Shown here: piece by piece, positions 46,829-56,376 of the stretch
Numbering within the stretch: the first letter of the stretch is position 1
Layout of the letters: each line of letters begins with the position of its first letter
NCBI GenBank assembly: GCA_030667525.1
Contig: DAOUVS010000001.1
Span: 1 to 56,400 of the forward strand
DNA length: 56,400 bases
Direction: 5' to 3'
DNA from: Candidatus Zixiibacteriota bacterium
GTDB taxonomy: Bacteria > Zixibacteria > MSB-5A5 > GN15 > PGXB01
The notes under the pieces: model-generated
The model's database searches: none
Seen by the model: the letters and a program-made list of their open reading frames with translations, nothing else
What the model was told of the DNA's origin: nothing
Made by a program: the position numbers and the translations under genes

Positions 46829-47942
46829 ATTTTTAACTGCCGGGGAATCGCACGGACCGGCGCTGGTTGGGATAATTGAAGGACTTCCGGCGGGGCTGGT
46901 TATCGATGAAGAGAAAATAAATGCTGACCTTTCCAGACGGCAGAAATCTTACGGTCGTGGCAACCGGATGAAAAAAATTGAAAATGACCGAGTTGAAATT
47001 CTTGGTGGGCTTCGCAATGGTATCAGTATCGGTTCACCACTCGCCTTGCAGATCGAGAATAAGGATTGGGCTATTAGGAAAGACCGGAAAAGTCAAAAAA
47101 AGTCAATTCCGCGCCCGGGACATGCCGATCTGGCCGGAGCAGTTAAATACGGTTTTACTGACATACAGAATGTTATCGAAAGGGCGAGCGCACGGGAAAC
47201 AGCGATGCGTACGGCAATCGGTTCGGTCGCCAAAATTTTACTGGCGGCATTTGGGATCGAAGTAATCAGCCATGTCATCAGAATCGGAAAAGTAAAAGTT
47301 GGTAAGCAGAATCTAAATATCGACCAAATAAAAATGGGTTTAACAAAGTCACCTGTCTATTGTGCCAATCCTCAAATTTCAGAGAAAATGTGCCGGGAAA
47401 TTGATCAGGCCAAAGAACAAGGTGATACGCTTGGCGGGGTTTTCGAAGTGATTGCATACAATCTTCCGGTTGGACTCGGCAGCTATGTCCATTATGATCG
47501 TAAGCTGGAGGGGAAATTGGCGCATATCATCATGAGCATACCAAGTATCAAAGCGGTTGAATTTGGAGAAGGTATTATTAATGCCTCACGTTATGGCTCG
47601 AAGGTTCATGATGAGATCAATCTGAAATCTGGAAAAATCGCTCGCACTTCAAATCGTGCCGGAGGTATCGAGGGTGGTGTTTCCAACGGAGAACCGATTA
47701 TTGTGCGTGGCTATGCAAAACCGATATCATCTCTTCGTGATCCGCTAAAATCGGTCGATCTGAAAAAAAACAAAACTACTCGTGCTCCATACGTAAGATC
47801 AGATGTTTGCATTGTCCCGGCAGCGGGAGTTATCGGTGAATCGCTTACCGCCTGGGTGATAGCCGAACTGTTTTTGGAAAAATTCGGCGGTGACTCAATG
47901 AATGAAATTAAGACTAACTTTGATAATTTTAACAAAGCTTAA
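46821..47942 (+). CDS. aroC: Chorismate synthase
   Basis: The track ORF starts at 46767. The family-typical start [26 protein letters not shown] is the ATG at 46821. Other motifs are RPGHAD and SARETA. Confidence 0.93.
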   Translation: [373 protein letters not shown]

Positions 47943-47951
47943 AGTAAAGTT

Positions 47952-48488
47952 GTGATTAGTAGTAAAAACATAATTCTTACCGGTTTTATGGGTGCCGGAA
48001 AATCAACTGTCGGCAAAGAGATTGCTTCAATACTTCGACGCGAATTTAATGATACTGATAAAATAATCGAAAAAGAACAAAATCGGACGATCTCCAGTAT
48101 CTTCAGAGAAGAGGGCGAAGATTATTTTCGTCTGCTTGAAAAATTGGTGGTTACTGATATAAGTAGAAAGTCTGATTTGGTAATTGCTACCGGCGGTGGG
48201 ACATTATTAGAAAAAAATAATTTGGAATTGTTGACCCAAACCGGAACGGTATTTTGTCTGACAGCCAATATTGATATTTTAATTAGCAGAATGGGTAATC
48301 GTCAAAGCCGGCCAATGGTTGCCGAAAAAAATAGAACTGCAATATTAGAGCTTTATGAAAGTAGGAAAGACGGCTACAATAAACTGCCGAATCAAATTGA
48401 TACGTCCGATATTTCTCCGCAAGAAGCGGCCGATACAATAATTAAATTGTTTAACAATCTTCACAATAGTCCCGGTGTTGCAAAATGA
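47952..48488 (+). CDS. aroK: Shikimate kinase
   Basis: 178 aa with a GTG start. It has the P-loop LTGFMGAGKSTVGK and the motif ATGGG. Confidence 0.9.
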   Translation: MISSKNIILTGFMGAGKSTVGKEIASILRREFNDTDKIIEKEQNRTISSIFREEGEDYFRLLEKLVVTDISRKSDLVIATGGGTLLEKNNLELLTQTGTVFCLTANIDILISRMGNRQSRPMVAEKNRTAILELYESRKDGYNKLPNQIDTSDISPQEAADTIIKLFNNLHNSPGVAK

Positions 48489-49561
48489 ATATTAGGGTAG
48501 CATCATCAGCGCATAATAATGGCTATTCAATACAAATTAAAAGCGGCCTGCTTTCAAAGTTTGGCCAAATAATAAAGAAGAACACAAATGGCCCAGTGGT
48601 TTTATTAACAAACAAAACCATTCACAAACTATGGTACAAAGATCTACGCCATTCATTTGAAAAAGCCGGTTTAAAAGAGAAACTGATTATGGTCCCTGAT
48701 GGCGAACGGTACAAAAACAATCGTACCTATAATCAGGTGATCTCGGAAATGCTGGAAAATGGAATCAATCGCTACTCCACTCTTGTTACATTTGGGGGAG
48801 GCGTCATAGGCGATTTGGGTGGATTGGTTGCGGCGACATATATGCGTGGAATTAAATTGATTCATGTCCCGACCTCATTGATTGCCCAAGTCGACTCCAG
48901 TATTGGCGGTAAAGTTGCAATTGATCATCCTATGGCAAAAAATATTGTTGGCGTTTTTTACAATCCAACGCAAGTCCTGACCGACCCAAATATTCTGGGG
49001 ACTCTCGCCGAGAAAGAATATATAAACGGATTGTTCGAGATAGTCAAAATTGCTTTGGTTCGCGATAAAGGGCTATATGAATATATCTACAAAAACATTA
49101 ATGCAATTCTGATTCGAGATACCAAAGCGATTGAATATTTAGTATCCAAATCGGCAAGCTTAAAAGCAGAAATTATCCAGAAAGACCCGTATGAAAAAAG
49201 ACTCAGGATGATTTTAAATTTCGGCCATACTTTTGGGCATGCTCTGGAAACTTCGGGTCAGTATAAAAATATCTCACACGGAGTCGCGGTTGGCTGGGGG
49301 ATGCTTCTGGCGCTGCAATTATCGCACCATTATAAATTATTAGATTTAGGCAAACATCAGGATAAAATTGATCTTATCAAAAAATTAATAGGTAAAAATA
49401 AATTATATAATATTAATCCCAAAAATATCTGGAAGACGATGACTCTTGACAAAAAGGCAAAAAACAACAAAGTTCGTTTTGTGTTATTGAAGGGAATTGC
49501 CCGACCGATAATACAGGATATAGACAAAAACAGTTTTATAAAATCACTGGAAAACTTATGA
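48485..49561 (+). CDS. aroB: 3-dehydroquinate synthase
   Basis: 358 aa with the motifs GGGVIGDLGG, DSSIGGKVAIDHP, NFGHTFGHALE and HGVAV. Confidence 0.93.
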   Translation: MNIRVASSAHNNGYSIQIKSGLLSKFGQIIKKNTNGPVVLLTNKTIHKLWYKDLRHSFEKAGLKEKLIMVPDGERYKNNRTYNQVISEMLENGINRYSTLVTFGGGVIGDLGGLVAATYMRGIKLIHVPTSLIAQVDSSIGGKVAIDHPMAKNIVGVFYNPTQVLTDPNILGTLAEKEYINGLFEIVKIALVRDKGLYEYIYKNINAILIRDTKAIEYLVSKSASLKAEIIQKDPYEKRLRMILNFGHTFGHALETSGQYKNISHGVAVGWGMLLALQLSHHYKLLDLGKHQDKIDLIKKLIGKNKLYNINPKNIWKTMTLDKKAKNNKVRFVLLKGIARPIIQDIDKNSFIKSLENL

Positions 49562-50007
49562 CTGATTCTCAAAACATAAAGAAAAAATATCTGATAATCC
49601 ACGGTCCCAACCTCAATCTCTTAGGTACAAGAGAACCTGAGATTTACGGAACAACTTCACTGGCCGATATCAATTTCAGATTAAACGAATTTGCCGATAA
49701 AAACGGTATTGAGCTTGAAATTATCCAATCCAATTCCGAGGGTGCAATTATTGATGCTCTTCATAATGCAATGGATAAGGTCAATGGAATTATTATAAAT
49801 CCCGGCGCCTACACCCATTATAGTCTGGCGATATTTGATGCCGTCGTAGCATGCGGTTTGCCGGTTGTTGAAGTGCATTTGTCTAACATTTATTCCCGTG
49901 AACAGTTTCGGCGACACTCGGTTATCGCACCGGCCTGTATCGGTCAAATCACCGGATTGGGATGGTATGGATATATTTTGGGATTAGAGGCTTTAATACG
50001 ATTATAA
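49558..50007 (+). CDS. aroQ: Type II 3-dehydroquinate dehydratase
   Basis: 149 aa with the motifs IIHGPNLNLLGTREPEIYG, INPGAYTHYS and EVHLSNI. Confidence 0.93.
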   Translation: MTDSQNIKKKYLIIHGPNLNLLGTREPEIYGTTSLADINFRLNEFADKNGIELEIIQSNSEGAIIDALHNAMDKVNGIIINPGAYTHYSLAIFDAVVACGLPVVEVHLSNIYSREQFRRHSVIAPACIGQITGLGWYGYILGLEALIRL

Positions 50008-50256
50008 ATTAATATCTGCTTCATATTTGAACTTGATGTCAACAATTGTCCTAATTCGTTACAGATATTTTAAACAATCAATAAAACATCATATCTATAT
50101 TTGACATTATTTATCCGTTGTCTACTTCTATCTTACTGTTCTTCAAAGATATACAAAATGCTTGATTATTTATTCAAAGAAGCCGCTAAGTGGCATAAAA
50201 ATTGATTTACTCCAACAGGCTTATCGTTCCGATATAATCCTTTGAAAGGAGAAATT

Positions 50257-53200
50257 ATGAATCGATTATTATCGTTTATTATTGTTGGCTTTTTGGTGAT
50301 GTCCGTGTCAGCTTTCGGTACAGATTATTATGTGGCAGTCGATGGTGATGATACCGGTGGAAGCGGCGCCATTGATAGTCCTTTTGCCTCCATTCAGCAT
50401 GGATTAGATATTGCCAGCTATGGCGATTCTATTTATGTCGGACCCGGAGTTTATTTTGAAAATATAGATTTCTTAGGCAAAACTGTTTTAGTTAAATCAT
50501 TAAATGGCGCGGGGGAGACTTTCATTGAACCTGTGATTCCGACCAACCCGATATTGAGTTTTATTAGTGGTGAAGATAATGCCACAATCATTGATGGTTT
50601 TACATTGAGGAATACAACCGATGCGCCTGGTATAATTTGTGATGCTTCAGGACCGAAAATTCAAAATTGTTTTGTTTACGACTGCACAACTTCGGGCAAT
50701 GGCGGCGGAATTCTCTGTCTCAATGGTGCCGATCCGACTATTAGAAGCAACCGTTTTGATAACAATAGCGCTTCGTTTGGCGGTGCGATTTATTTTGAAA
50801 ACAGTAATCCGGTTATTACTGAAAATATATTTATGAGTAACAGCGCCGTAGTTGGTGGAGCAATAGCATTTAACACCAGACTATTCCATACATTCTCATA
50901 TAATCTATTTGCTTATAATGAATCATCTCAAAATGGCGGCGCTATTGCTAACAATTCAACCTTTGGACCGACCTTAACTGTCAGCTATTGTACCTTCTAT
51001 CAAAATCAAACAGATGGATATGGTGGTGCTATTTATATCGATGGCACTATTCTGGTCGTCGAAAAATCTATCCTATGGGAAGATATTGCAGTTATTGATG
51101 GAAATGAAATCTATAGGAATTCATCCGCCCCGATTTTTGTCTCATACTGTAATATCAGTGGTGGATGGACCGGCAGCGGTTCCGGCAACTCAGATGTCGA
51201 TCCGGAATTCTGCGATGTCGCAAACGAAGATTTTCACCTGCAGGAGATCTCATTTCTGTCCGCTTATTCTTACAATAGCGGCGATCCGATTGGAGCCTTT
51301 GGGGCAGGATGTTTAATTATTGAATGTGATGATTTTGATGCCGATGGAATTTGTGATGAGGTAGATAACTGCCCTGCGATAGCAAACGCTGACCAGTCTG
51401 ATACAGATGGTGATGGATTTGGTGATGTTTGCGATAATTGCCCTGCGATAGCGAACGCCGATCAGATTGATACTGATGGTGACGGATTCGGTGACTTGTG
51501 TGATAACTGTCCCGATATAGCGAATGCCGATCAGGTTGATACTGATGCCGATGGTATCGGTGACTTGTGTGATAACTGTCCTGAGATAGCTAACGTTGAT
51601 CAGGCTGATGCTGATGGTGATGGCTTCGGTGACTTGTGTGATAACTGTCCTGATATCGCTAACGCTGATCAGATTGATACCGATGGTGACGGCTCCGGCG
51701 ACTTATGCGATAACTGTCCTGAGATAGCTAATGCTGATCAGGCTGATTCCGATGGTGATGGATTTGGTGATGTTTGCGACAACTGTCCTGATATCGCGAA
51801 CGCGGATCAGGCTGATACCGACGGTGATGGATTCGGTGACCTGTGCGATAACTGTCCTGCGATAGCGAACGCCGATCAGCTTGATTCCGATGGTGACGGA
51901 TTTGGTGACGACTGCGATAACTGTCCTGAGATAGCGAACGCCGATCAGCTTGATTCCGATGGCGACGGATTTGGCGACAACTGCGATAACTGTCCTGATA
52001 TAGCTAATGCTGATCAGTCTGATTCCGATGCTGACGGTTTCGGTGACTTATGCGATAACTGTCCTGATATAGCGAATGCCGATCAGCTTGATTCCGATGG
52101 TGATGGATTTGGTGATGTTTGCGACAACTGTCCTGATATCGCGAACGCCGATCAGACTGATGCCGACAGTGATGGTTTCGGTGACTTATGCGACAACTGT
52201 CCTGAGATAGCTAACGCCGATCAGGTTGATGCCGACGGTGATGGCATAGGGGATGCTTGTACTATTACCGAATATGGTTCAATTATTGGTTATATCACCA
52301 ACGAAACAGGTGCTGTATTGGGTGTCTTTGTTGATTTGCTGGGCTCTGAGGACAATTTGATTGCTTCTGCTGAATCTGATAATGAAGGGTTCTATCAATT
52401 TTTGGACCTCCCGTACGGAATCTATCAGGTATCGGTAACTGCTCCGGCTGGTTATACCGCTGATTTGGCACAAAAAGAAGCAGAGGTCAACGGCGCGGCG
52501 GTCCATATCGATTTCCATCTGACAGAAGTTACTACTTCTGGAATGTGGCGCGGTCGCGGATATTGGATGCATCAGGTAAAATGTCTAATTCGTGGACGTG
52601 GTCATCTTCATGAATCGTTCGAACAGATGTGTAATTATCTGGAGCAAATATATACATATTTCAACTCCAACCCTGAACATCCTGTGGGAGCTTTCACAGT
52701 CGATCCTGATGCGACTTGTATTGAGCGATTAATAAGTCTGTTTGATGTTCTCCGACCGCATCATAGGAATAAAATGCTTCATCGGGCACAAAGTAGTTTT
52801 GCCATTCTTTTGCTGAATCTGGTTTCCGGTAAAATATCGCAGGATGCAAATGTTAATGATGGCGCTTCATTTGTATCTTCCGGTGAAAGCAGTTTGTCAG
52901 GATCATCATCGTTTGATATTACCGTGGCCCAGGCGATTGTTTACAGCGATAGATTATTAACTGATGGCGACGACAGCAATGACGAATTGGTTTATCTGAT
53001 TGATAGCTTGATTATTGCAGGTGAACCGATTCCGTCCGGTTTAATTGATCCTTCGACGCCAAATATTGATTTTATTCCGGCACTTGATGTTGGTGAAGAC
53101 GAGTATTCAGCTTTGCCGACCGGTTTTTCGCTTGAGCAGAATTATCCTAATCCATTTAATCCGGTGACCGAGATAAAGTTTAGTTTGCCGACTGCCACTG

Positions 53201-53379
53201 ATTGGTTAATAACGATTTATAATATCTCAGGTCAGACCGTGAAACAATTCGAAGGTTTTGGCGAAACCGGAGTTATTTCGGTCAAATGGGATGCTTCCGA
53301 ACAGGCATCGGGAATTTATATGTATAAGGCACAAACTTCAACGTTCGCAGAGACGAAGAAGATGGTGCTTTTGAAATAG
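50257..53379 (+). CDS. Secreted multidomain surface protein: right-handed beta-helix + 13 thrombospondin type-3 Ca-binding repeats + CarboxypepD_reg-like domain + T9SS C-terminal sorting domain
   Basis: The track frame starts at a TTG at 50242. I prefer the ATG at 50257 after AAAGGAG. It has a signal peptide. The N-terminus reads DYYVAVDGDDTGGSG...SPFASIQHGLD (DUF1565/pectate-lyase-like). There are 13 DNCPxIANADQxDxDGDGFGDxC repeats. The C-terminus reads NYPNPFNPVTEIKFSLP...GIYMYKAQTS...KKMVLLK. Confidence 0.85.
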   Translation: MNRLLSFIIVGFLVMSVSAFGTDYYVAVDGDDTGGSGAIDSPFASIQHGLDIASYGDSIYVGPGVYFENIDFLGKTVLVKSLNGAGETFIEPVIPTNPILSFISGEDNATIIDGFTLRNTTDAPGIICDASGPKIQNCFVYDCTTSGNGGGILCLNGADPTIRSNRFDNNSASFGGAIYFENSNPVITENIFMSNSAVVGGAIAFNTRLFHTFSYNLFAYNESSQNGGAIANNSTFGPTLTVSYCTFYQNQTDGYGGAIYIDGTILVVEKSILWEDIAVIDGNEIYRNSSAPIFVSYCNISGGWTGSGSGNSDVDPEFCDVANEDFHLQEISFLSAYSYNSGDPIGAFGAGCLIIECDDFDADGICDEVDNCPAIANADQSDTDGDGFGDVCDNCPAIANADQIDTDGDGFGDLCDNCPDIANADQVDTDADGIGDLCDNCPEIANVDQADADGDGFGDLCDNCPDIANADQIDTDGDGSGDLCDNCPEIANADQADSDGDGFGDVCDNCPDIANADQADTDGDGFGDLCDNCPAIANADQLDSDGDGFGDDCDNCPEIANADQLDSDGDGFGDNCDNCPDIANADQSDSDADGFGDLCDNCPDIANADQLDSDGDGFGDVCDNCPDIANADQTDADSDGFGDLCDNCPEIANADQVDADGDGIGDACTITEYGSIIGYITNETGAVLGVFVDLLGSEDNLIASAESDNEGFYQFLDLPYGIYQVSVTAPAGYTADLAQKEAEVNGAAVHIDFHLTEVTTSGMWRGRGYWMHQVKCLIRGRGHLHESFEQMCNYLEQIYTYFNSNPEHPVGAFTVDPDATCIERLISLFDVLRPHHRNKMLHRAQSSFAILLLNLVSGKISQDANVNDGASFVSSGESSLSGSSSFDITVAQAIVYSDRLLTDGDDSNDELVYLIDSLIIAGEPIPSGLIDPSTPNIDFIPALDVGEDEYSALPTGFSLEQNYPNPFNPVTEIKFSLPTATDWLITIYNISGQTVKQFEGFGETGVISVKWDASEQASGIYMYKAQTSTFAETKKMVLLK
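51364..52260 (+). repeat. 13 tandem 69-bp (23-codon) coding repeats (TSP3 repeats)
   Basis: Near-identical units begin gataactg(c/t)cctg(c/a)(g/t)ata(g/t)c... Variation is mostly at codon third positions and at 3-4 variable residues per unit. Confidence 0.9.
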
Positions 53380-53403
53380 ATATTGCTTGAATTATTGCCG
53401 CAC

Positions 53404-53432
53404 AAAAAAGGGCCGGTTTCCCGGCCCTTTTG
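53404..53432. terminator. Bidirectional rho-independent terminator
   Basis: aaaaaa-GGGCCGG-tttc-CCGGCCC-tttt, between convergent genes. Confidence 0.8.
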
Positions 53433-53469
53433 TATATTGTAAATCATAACTTAAGTTTAATAATAAGTA

Positions 53470-55596
53470 CTATTGGCTTTTTTCCATAATATCCATACGT
53501 GATTTGAGTTCGTCATTTTCTTTCTTGAGTTCTTTGATTGCCTCAAGCAAAACCGCTGTCATTTTGGAATAACTGACTGATTTATAACCCTGATCATCGG
53601 TACTGACCAGTTCCGGGAAGACTTCTTCGACGTCCTGCGCTACCAGTCCTATTTGTCTTCTTTCATTGAATTTTCTATTATCTGTTAACTCATTTTTCCA
53701 GTCATATTTCACCCCATCGATCAGCATGACGCTAGCTAATGCATTGTTGATAGTTTTAATATTTTTCTTGAAGCGAATATCTGAGGTTTGAGTTAGACTA
53801 ACACAACGAATGTCACCATTAACATCAAGTTCAGCTCCTGTTGGAGAGGCAGTGTTAATACCTACGCCACCAGGTGCATTGATCAGAAACTGACCTGTGT
53901 CGGTTGATATAAACGAGCCTGTAGTATCCCCGTTCCAAACAAATGTACTCTTATGAAATGCCCAGGCCGAATATCCAGCGGCATAGGAGAAATCGCCCGT
54001 AGCACTGTTGTCTTTCCCGCCTGGAATGGTAGAGAAGGCACCACCTGTAAGGTTTGATAATCCGCCACCGATGACTGAGTAAGCAGACTCATTCTTGTTT
54101 CCACCGCCTCCGCCTATCACTGAGTAACCCTCGGATGCGATTGTCACCACATTATTGCTTCCGCCGCAGATATTTGAGTTGTCACCAAAGACCGTATCTT
54201 GATATCCTCCGCCAATAAAACTATGAGTTCCATAGACGGCACTTCGTTCTCCACCAACAATTGCGGATGCAGTTCCTTCGGCATAGTTGTATCCACCACC
54301 CCCAATGAAGACCATTTGACTATCGGTATGATTGGCGAGTCCGCCTGCAATCGACGAGTATTGTCCCTGAGCATAATTCTGATGTCCCCCTCCGATGAAG
54401 CCATTACCCCCGGTAGTCTGGTTCACATACCCGCCGCCAATGAAATCATACTGTCCAAGGGCTTGGTTAGCGTATCCTCCCGCGATTGTAGAAGCCTGCA
54501 AAGCGGTTACGTTGTTATATCCTCCGCCCACAGTTGAGTAGTCTCCAAGGGCGGTATCACCATACCCTCCACCTACAAACGAATAGGAACTATCGGTCAG
54601 GTTATAGTAGCCACCCCCAATAGTCGAGTAATGCCCACCGGCCGTGTTTCCCTCACCACCCCCAATGAAGTCATAGGCGTCTTTGGCTCGGTTCAATGTT
54701 CCACCAACTATCGTCGAGTATCCTCCCGAGGAGGCGGTTGTTGAATTGTAAGTACCGCCACAAATGGTAGCAACAATACCATAGGCGGTATCACGTCCGC
54801 CGCCCCCTATGAAGCTATGGGTACCGTAAATTTTGTTGCTTTCACCTCCGCCAATATGCGAATAGGCCGCGACGACACTGTTGGAGTCACCGCCAGTAAT
54901 CGACGAGTAGCCTGCACTGATCGTGTGATTGGTTCCGACTTTAATTTCTTTGGTAGCCATGAGACTGCCGATAACTTCCAGATTGGCTCTGGGGAAAGCC
55001 GTTCCAATACCGACTGAGTCGGTTGATGTATTTAAACGGACAACGGTTCCGTCATCGACCCAGCCTTCACCAGGTTCTGCTCCACCGACTTCATCATCGC
55101 CGGGGACCCATTCGGCACCGTTCCATTTCAACGCCTGTCCCGGTGAGGCATTGCCGTTGTGTAAATCAAATAATGATATCGAACCATTTTCAATTTTGGC
55201 TGAATCAATTGAATTATCTGCCACGCTATCAGCGAATTTCGCTACATATGCGTATGGCATCGATGCTATCTGATACCGGGGAGACATCTCACTTTGACCG
55301 GTTATTTGAACACCGATCCAGATATTACCGCTGAAAGCGATATCTATCGGCGTTGCTTCGCCGAGTAGAATCGAATAATAGCCGTCAGTAACATCGAAAG
55401 TGCGTGTTTCAGTCCATAATTCTGTCCCCGCAGTCGGAACATCATATATCTTGAAGGTTAATTCAAAACTTCCATCAAGTGGAGTCCCGGCATTTGACAG
55501 GTATCCCTGAAAATTAATAATATTCGGAACCTCAACGGCCAATAGGCTGGCCGTGAAAATCATCACTAAGACTAATAGAGTAATTGTAAAACGCAT
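53470..55596 (-). CDS. Secreted tail-fibre-like protein with Gly-rich beta-roll repeats and C-terminal peptidase-S74 intramolecular chaperone domain
   Basis: 708 aa with a signal peptide. The N-terminus INFQGYLSNAGTPLDGSFELTFKIYD...LWTETR..V.DGYYSILLG is typical of FCB tail-fibre-domain proteins. There are more than 12 degenerate repeats of the form YSxIGGGxxNxAxGxxS. The C-terminus reads SDIRFKKNIKTI...GVKYDWKNE...RQIGLVAQDVEEVFPELV and ends in a coiled coil. Confidence 0.8.
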   Translation of the reverse strand: MRFTITLLVLVMIFTASLLAVEVPNIINFQGYLSNAGTPLDGSFELTFKIYDVPTAGTELWTETRTFDVTDGYYSILLGEATPIDIAFSGNIWIGVQITGQSEMSPRYQIASMPYAYVAKFADSVADNSIDSAKIENGSISLFDLHNGNASPGQALKWNGAEWVPGDDEVGGAEPGEGWVDDGTVVRLNTSTDSVGIGTAFPRANLEVIGSLMATKEIKVGTNHTISAGYSSITGGDSNSVVAAYSHIGGGESNKIYGTHSFIGGGGRDTAYGIVATICGGTYNSTTASSGGYSTIVGGTLNRAKDAYDFIGGGEGNTAGGHYSTIGGGYYNLTDSSYSFVGGGYGDTALGDYSTVGGGYNNVTALQASTIAGGYANQALGQYDFIGGGYVNQTTGGNGFIGGGHQNYAQGQYSSIAGGLANHTDSQMVFIGGGGYNYAEGTASAIVGGERSAVYGTHSFIGGGYQDTVFGDNSNICGGSNNVVTIASEGYSVIGGGGGNKNESAYSVIGGGLSNLTGGAFSTIPGGKDNSATGDFSYAAGYSAWAFHKSTFVWNGDTTGSFISTDTGQFLINAPGGVGINTASPTGAELDVNGDIRCVSLTQTSDIRFKKNIKTINNALASVMLIDGVKYDWKNELTDNRKFNERRQIGLVAQDVEEVFPELVSTDDQGYKSVSYSKMTAVLLEAIKELKKENDELKSRMDIMEKSQ

Positions 55597-55624
55597 TTTA
55601 TCTCCAAACGTATTTGTAAATATT

Positions 55625-56152
55625 TTATTTTAGTAGAAGCATCTTATTAACTTTTGTGAAATCACCAGCAACGATCTTGTAGAAATAGATTCCGGATGCT
55701 GTTTCAATTCCATTATCATCAAGACCGTTCCAACTAACGGCGTGGTTTCCGGCTTCCTGATCGTCATTAACGATTTTTTTAACTCTTTGCCCCAATATGT
55801 TATAGATGATCAGACTGACATTCGAACGTCTCGCGAGACTATATTCTATTTTTGTTGAGGGATTAAATGGATTAGGATAATTTTGGTGAAGAGCATATTC
55901 CATCGGAAGCAAAATTTCATCTTCCACATCTACTACTAAAGTAGTTTTAAACCTGAGACCGGCCCAGTGAATATTTGACCCATCACCGCTTGAACCTCCA
56001 GATATAAATCCGGCCATACCTTTTATATCATTTTGAGTATCACCGGCTATTCCTCCGGCAGAACCAATTGCCTGCCATTTCGAAATCGTTTGCGCATGAA
56101 GCCCCGAAAACATTAATAGACAGAACAGAGCAATATTTAGAAGTTTTATCAT
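55625..56152 (-). CDS. Small secreted protein with T9SS C-terminal sorting domain
   Basis: 175 aa with a signal peptide, a ~70-aa Gly/Ser-rich N-domain, and then LHQNYPNPFNPSTKIEYSL...GIYFYKIVAGDFTKVNKMLLLK. It lies 28 nt upstream of the tail-fibre-like gene on the same strand. Confidence 0.8.
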   Translation of the reverse strand: MIKLLNIALFCLLMFSGLHAQTISKWQAIGSAGGIAGDTQNDIKGMAGFISGGSSGDGSNIHWAGLRFKTTLVVDVEDEILLPMEYALHQNYPNPFNPSTKIEYSLARRSNVSLIIYNILGQRVKKIVNDDQEAGNHAVSWNGLDDNGIETASGIYFYKIVAGDFTKVNKMLLLK

Positions 56153-56376
56153 TATCCCCCCGGAATATTTAATTTGTCTGGGTTTTTATAAATATTGTCG
56201 GAATAATGTAGAAATAGATTACCAAAATTGTGATAAAAGGGAGAAATAAATTTTTGTATGTCATTACGGCTCAATACCTTTAATGTCGGGCGATGTTTCT
56301 GAGGCATCTTGTGATTTGGAAAAATAATTGAGATAAAGAAAAGATTTGTTTTAAAGCCAAAATGATTATTATTAAA

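Noticed and set aside
51364-52260. CRISPR or satellite interpretation of the 69-bp tandem repeats.
   Set aside because: The repeats are contiguous without spacers. They lie in frame inside a long ORF and encode canonical thrombospondin type-3 Ca-binding motifs.
53470-56152. Prophage or tailocin call based on the tail-fibre-like gene.
   Set aside because: No other phage-type genes occur within the window. The protein has a Sec signal peptide, and its neighbour is a T9SS-tagged protein. This family is common as stand-alone chromosomal genes in FCB-type bacteria. The sequence beyond the window end remains unchecked.
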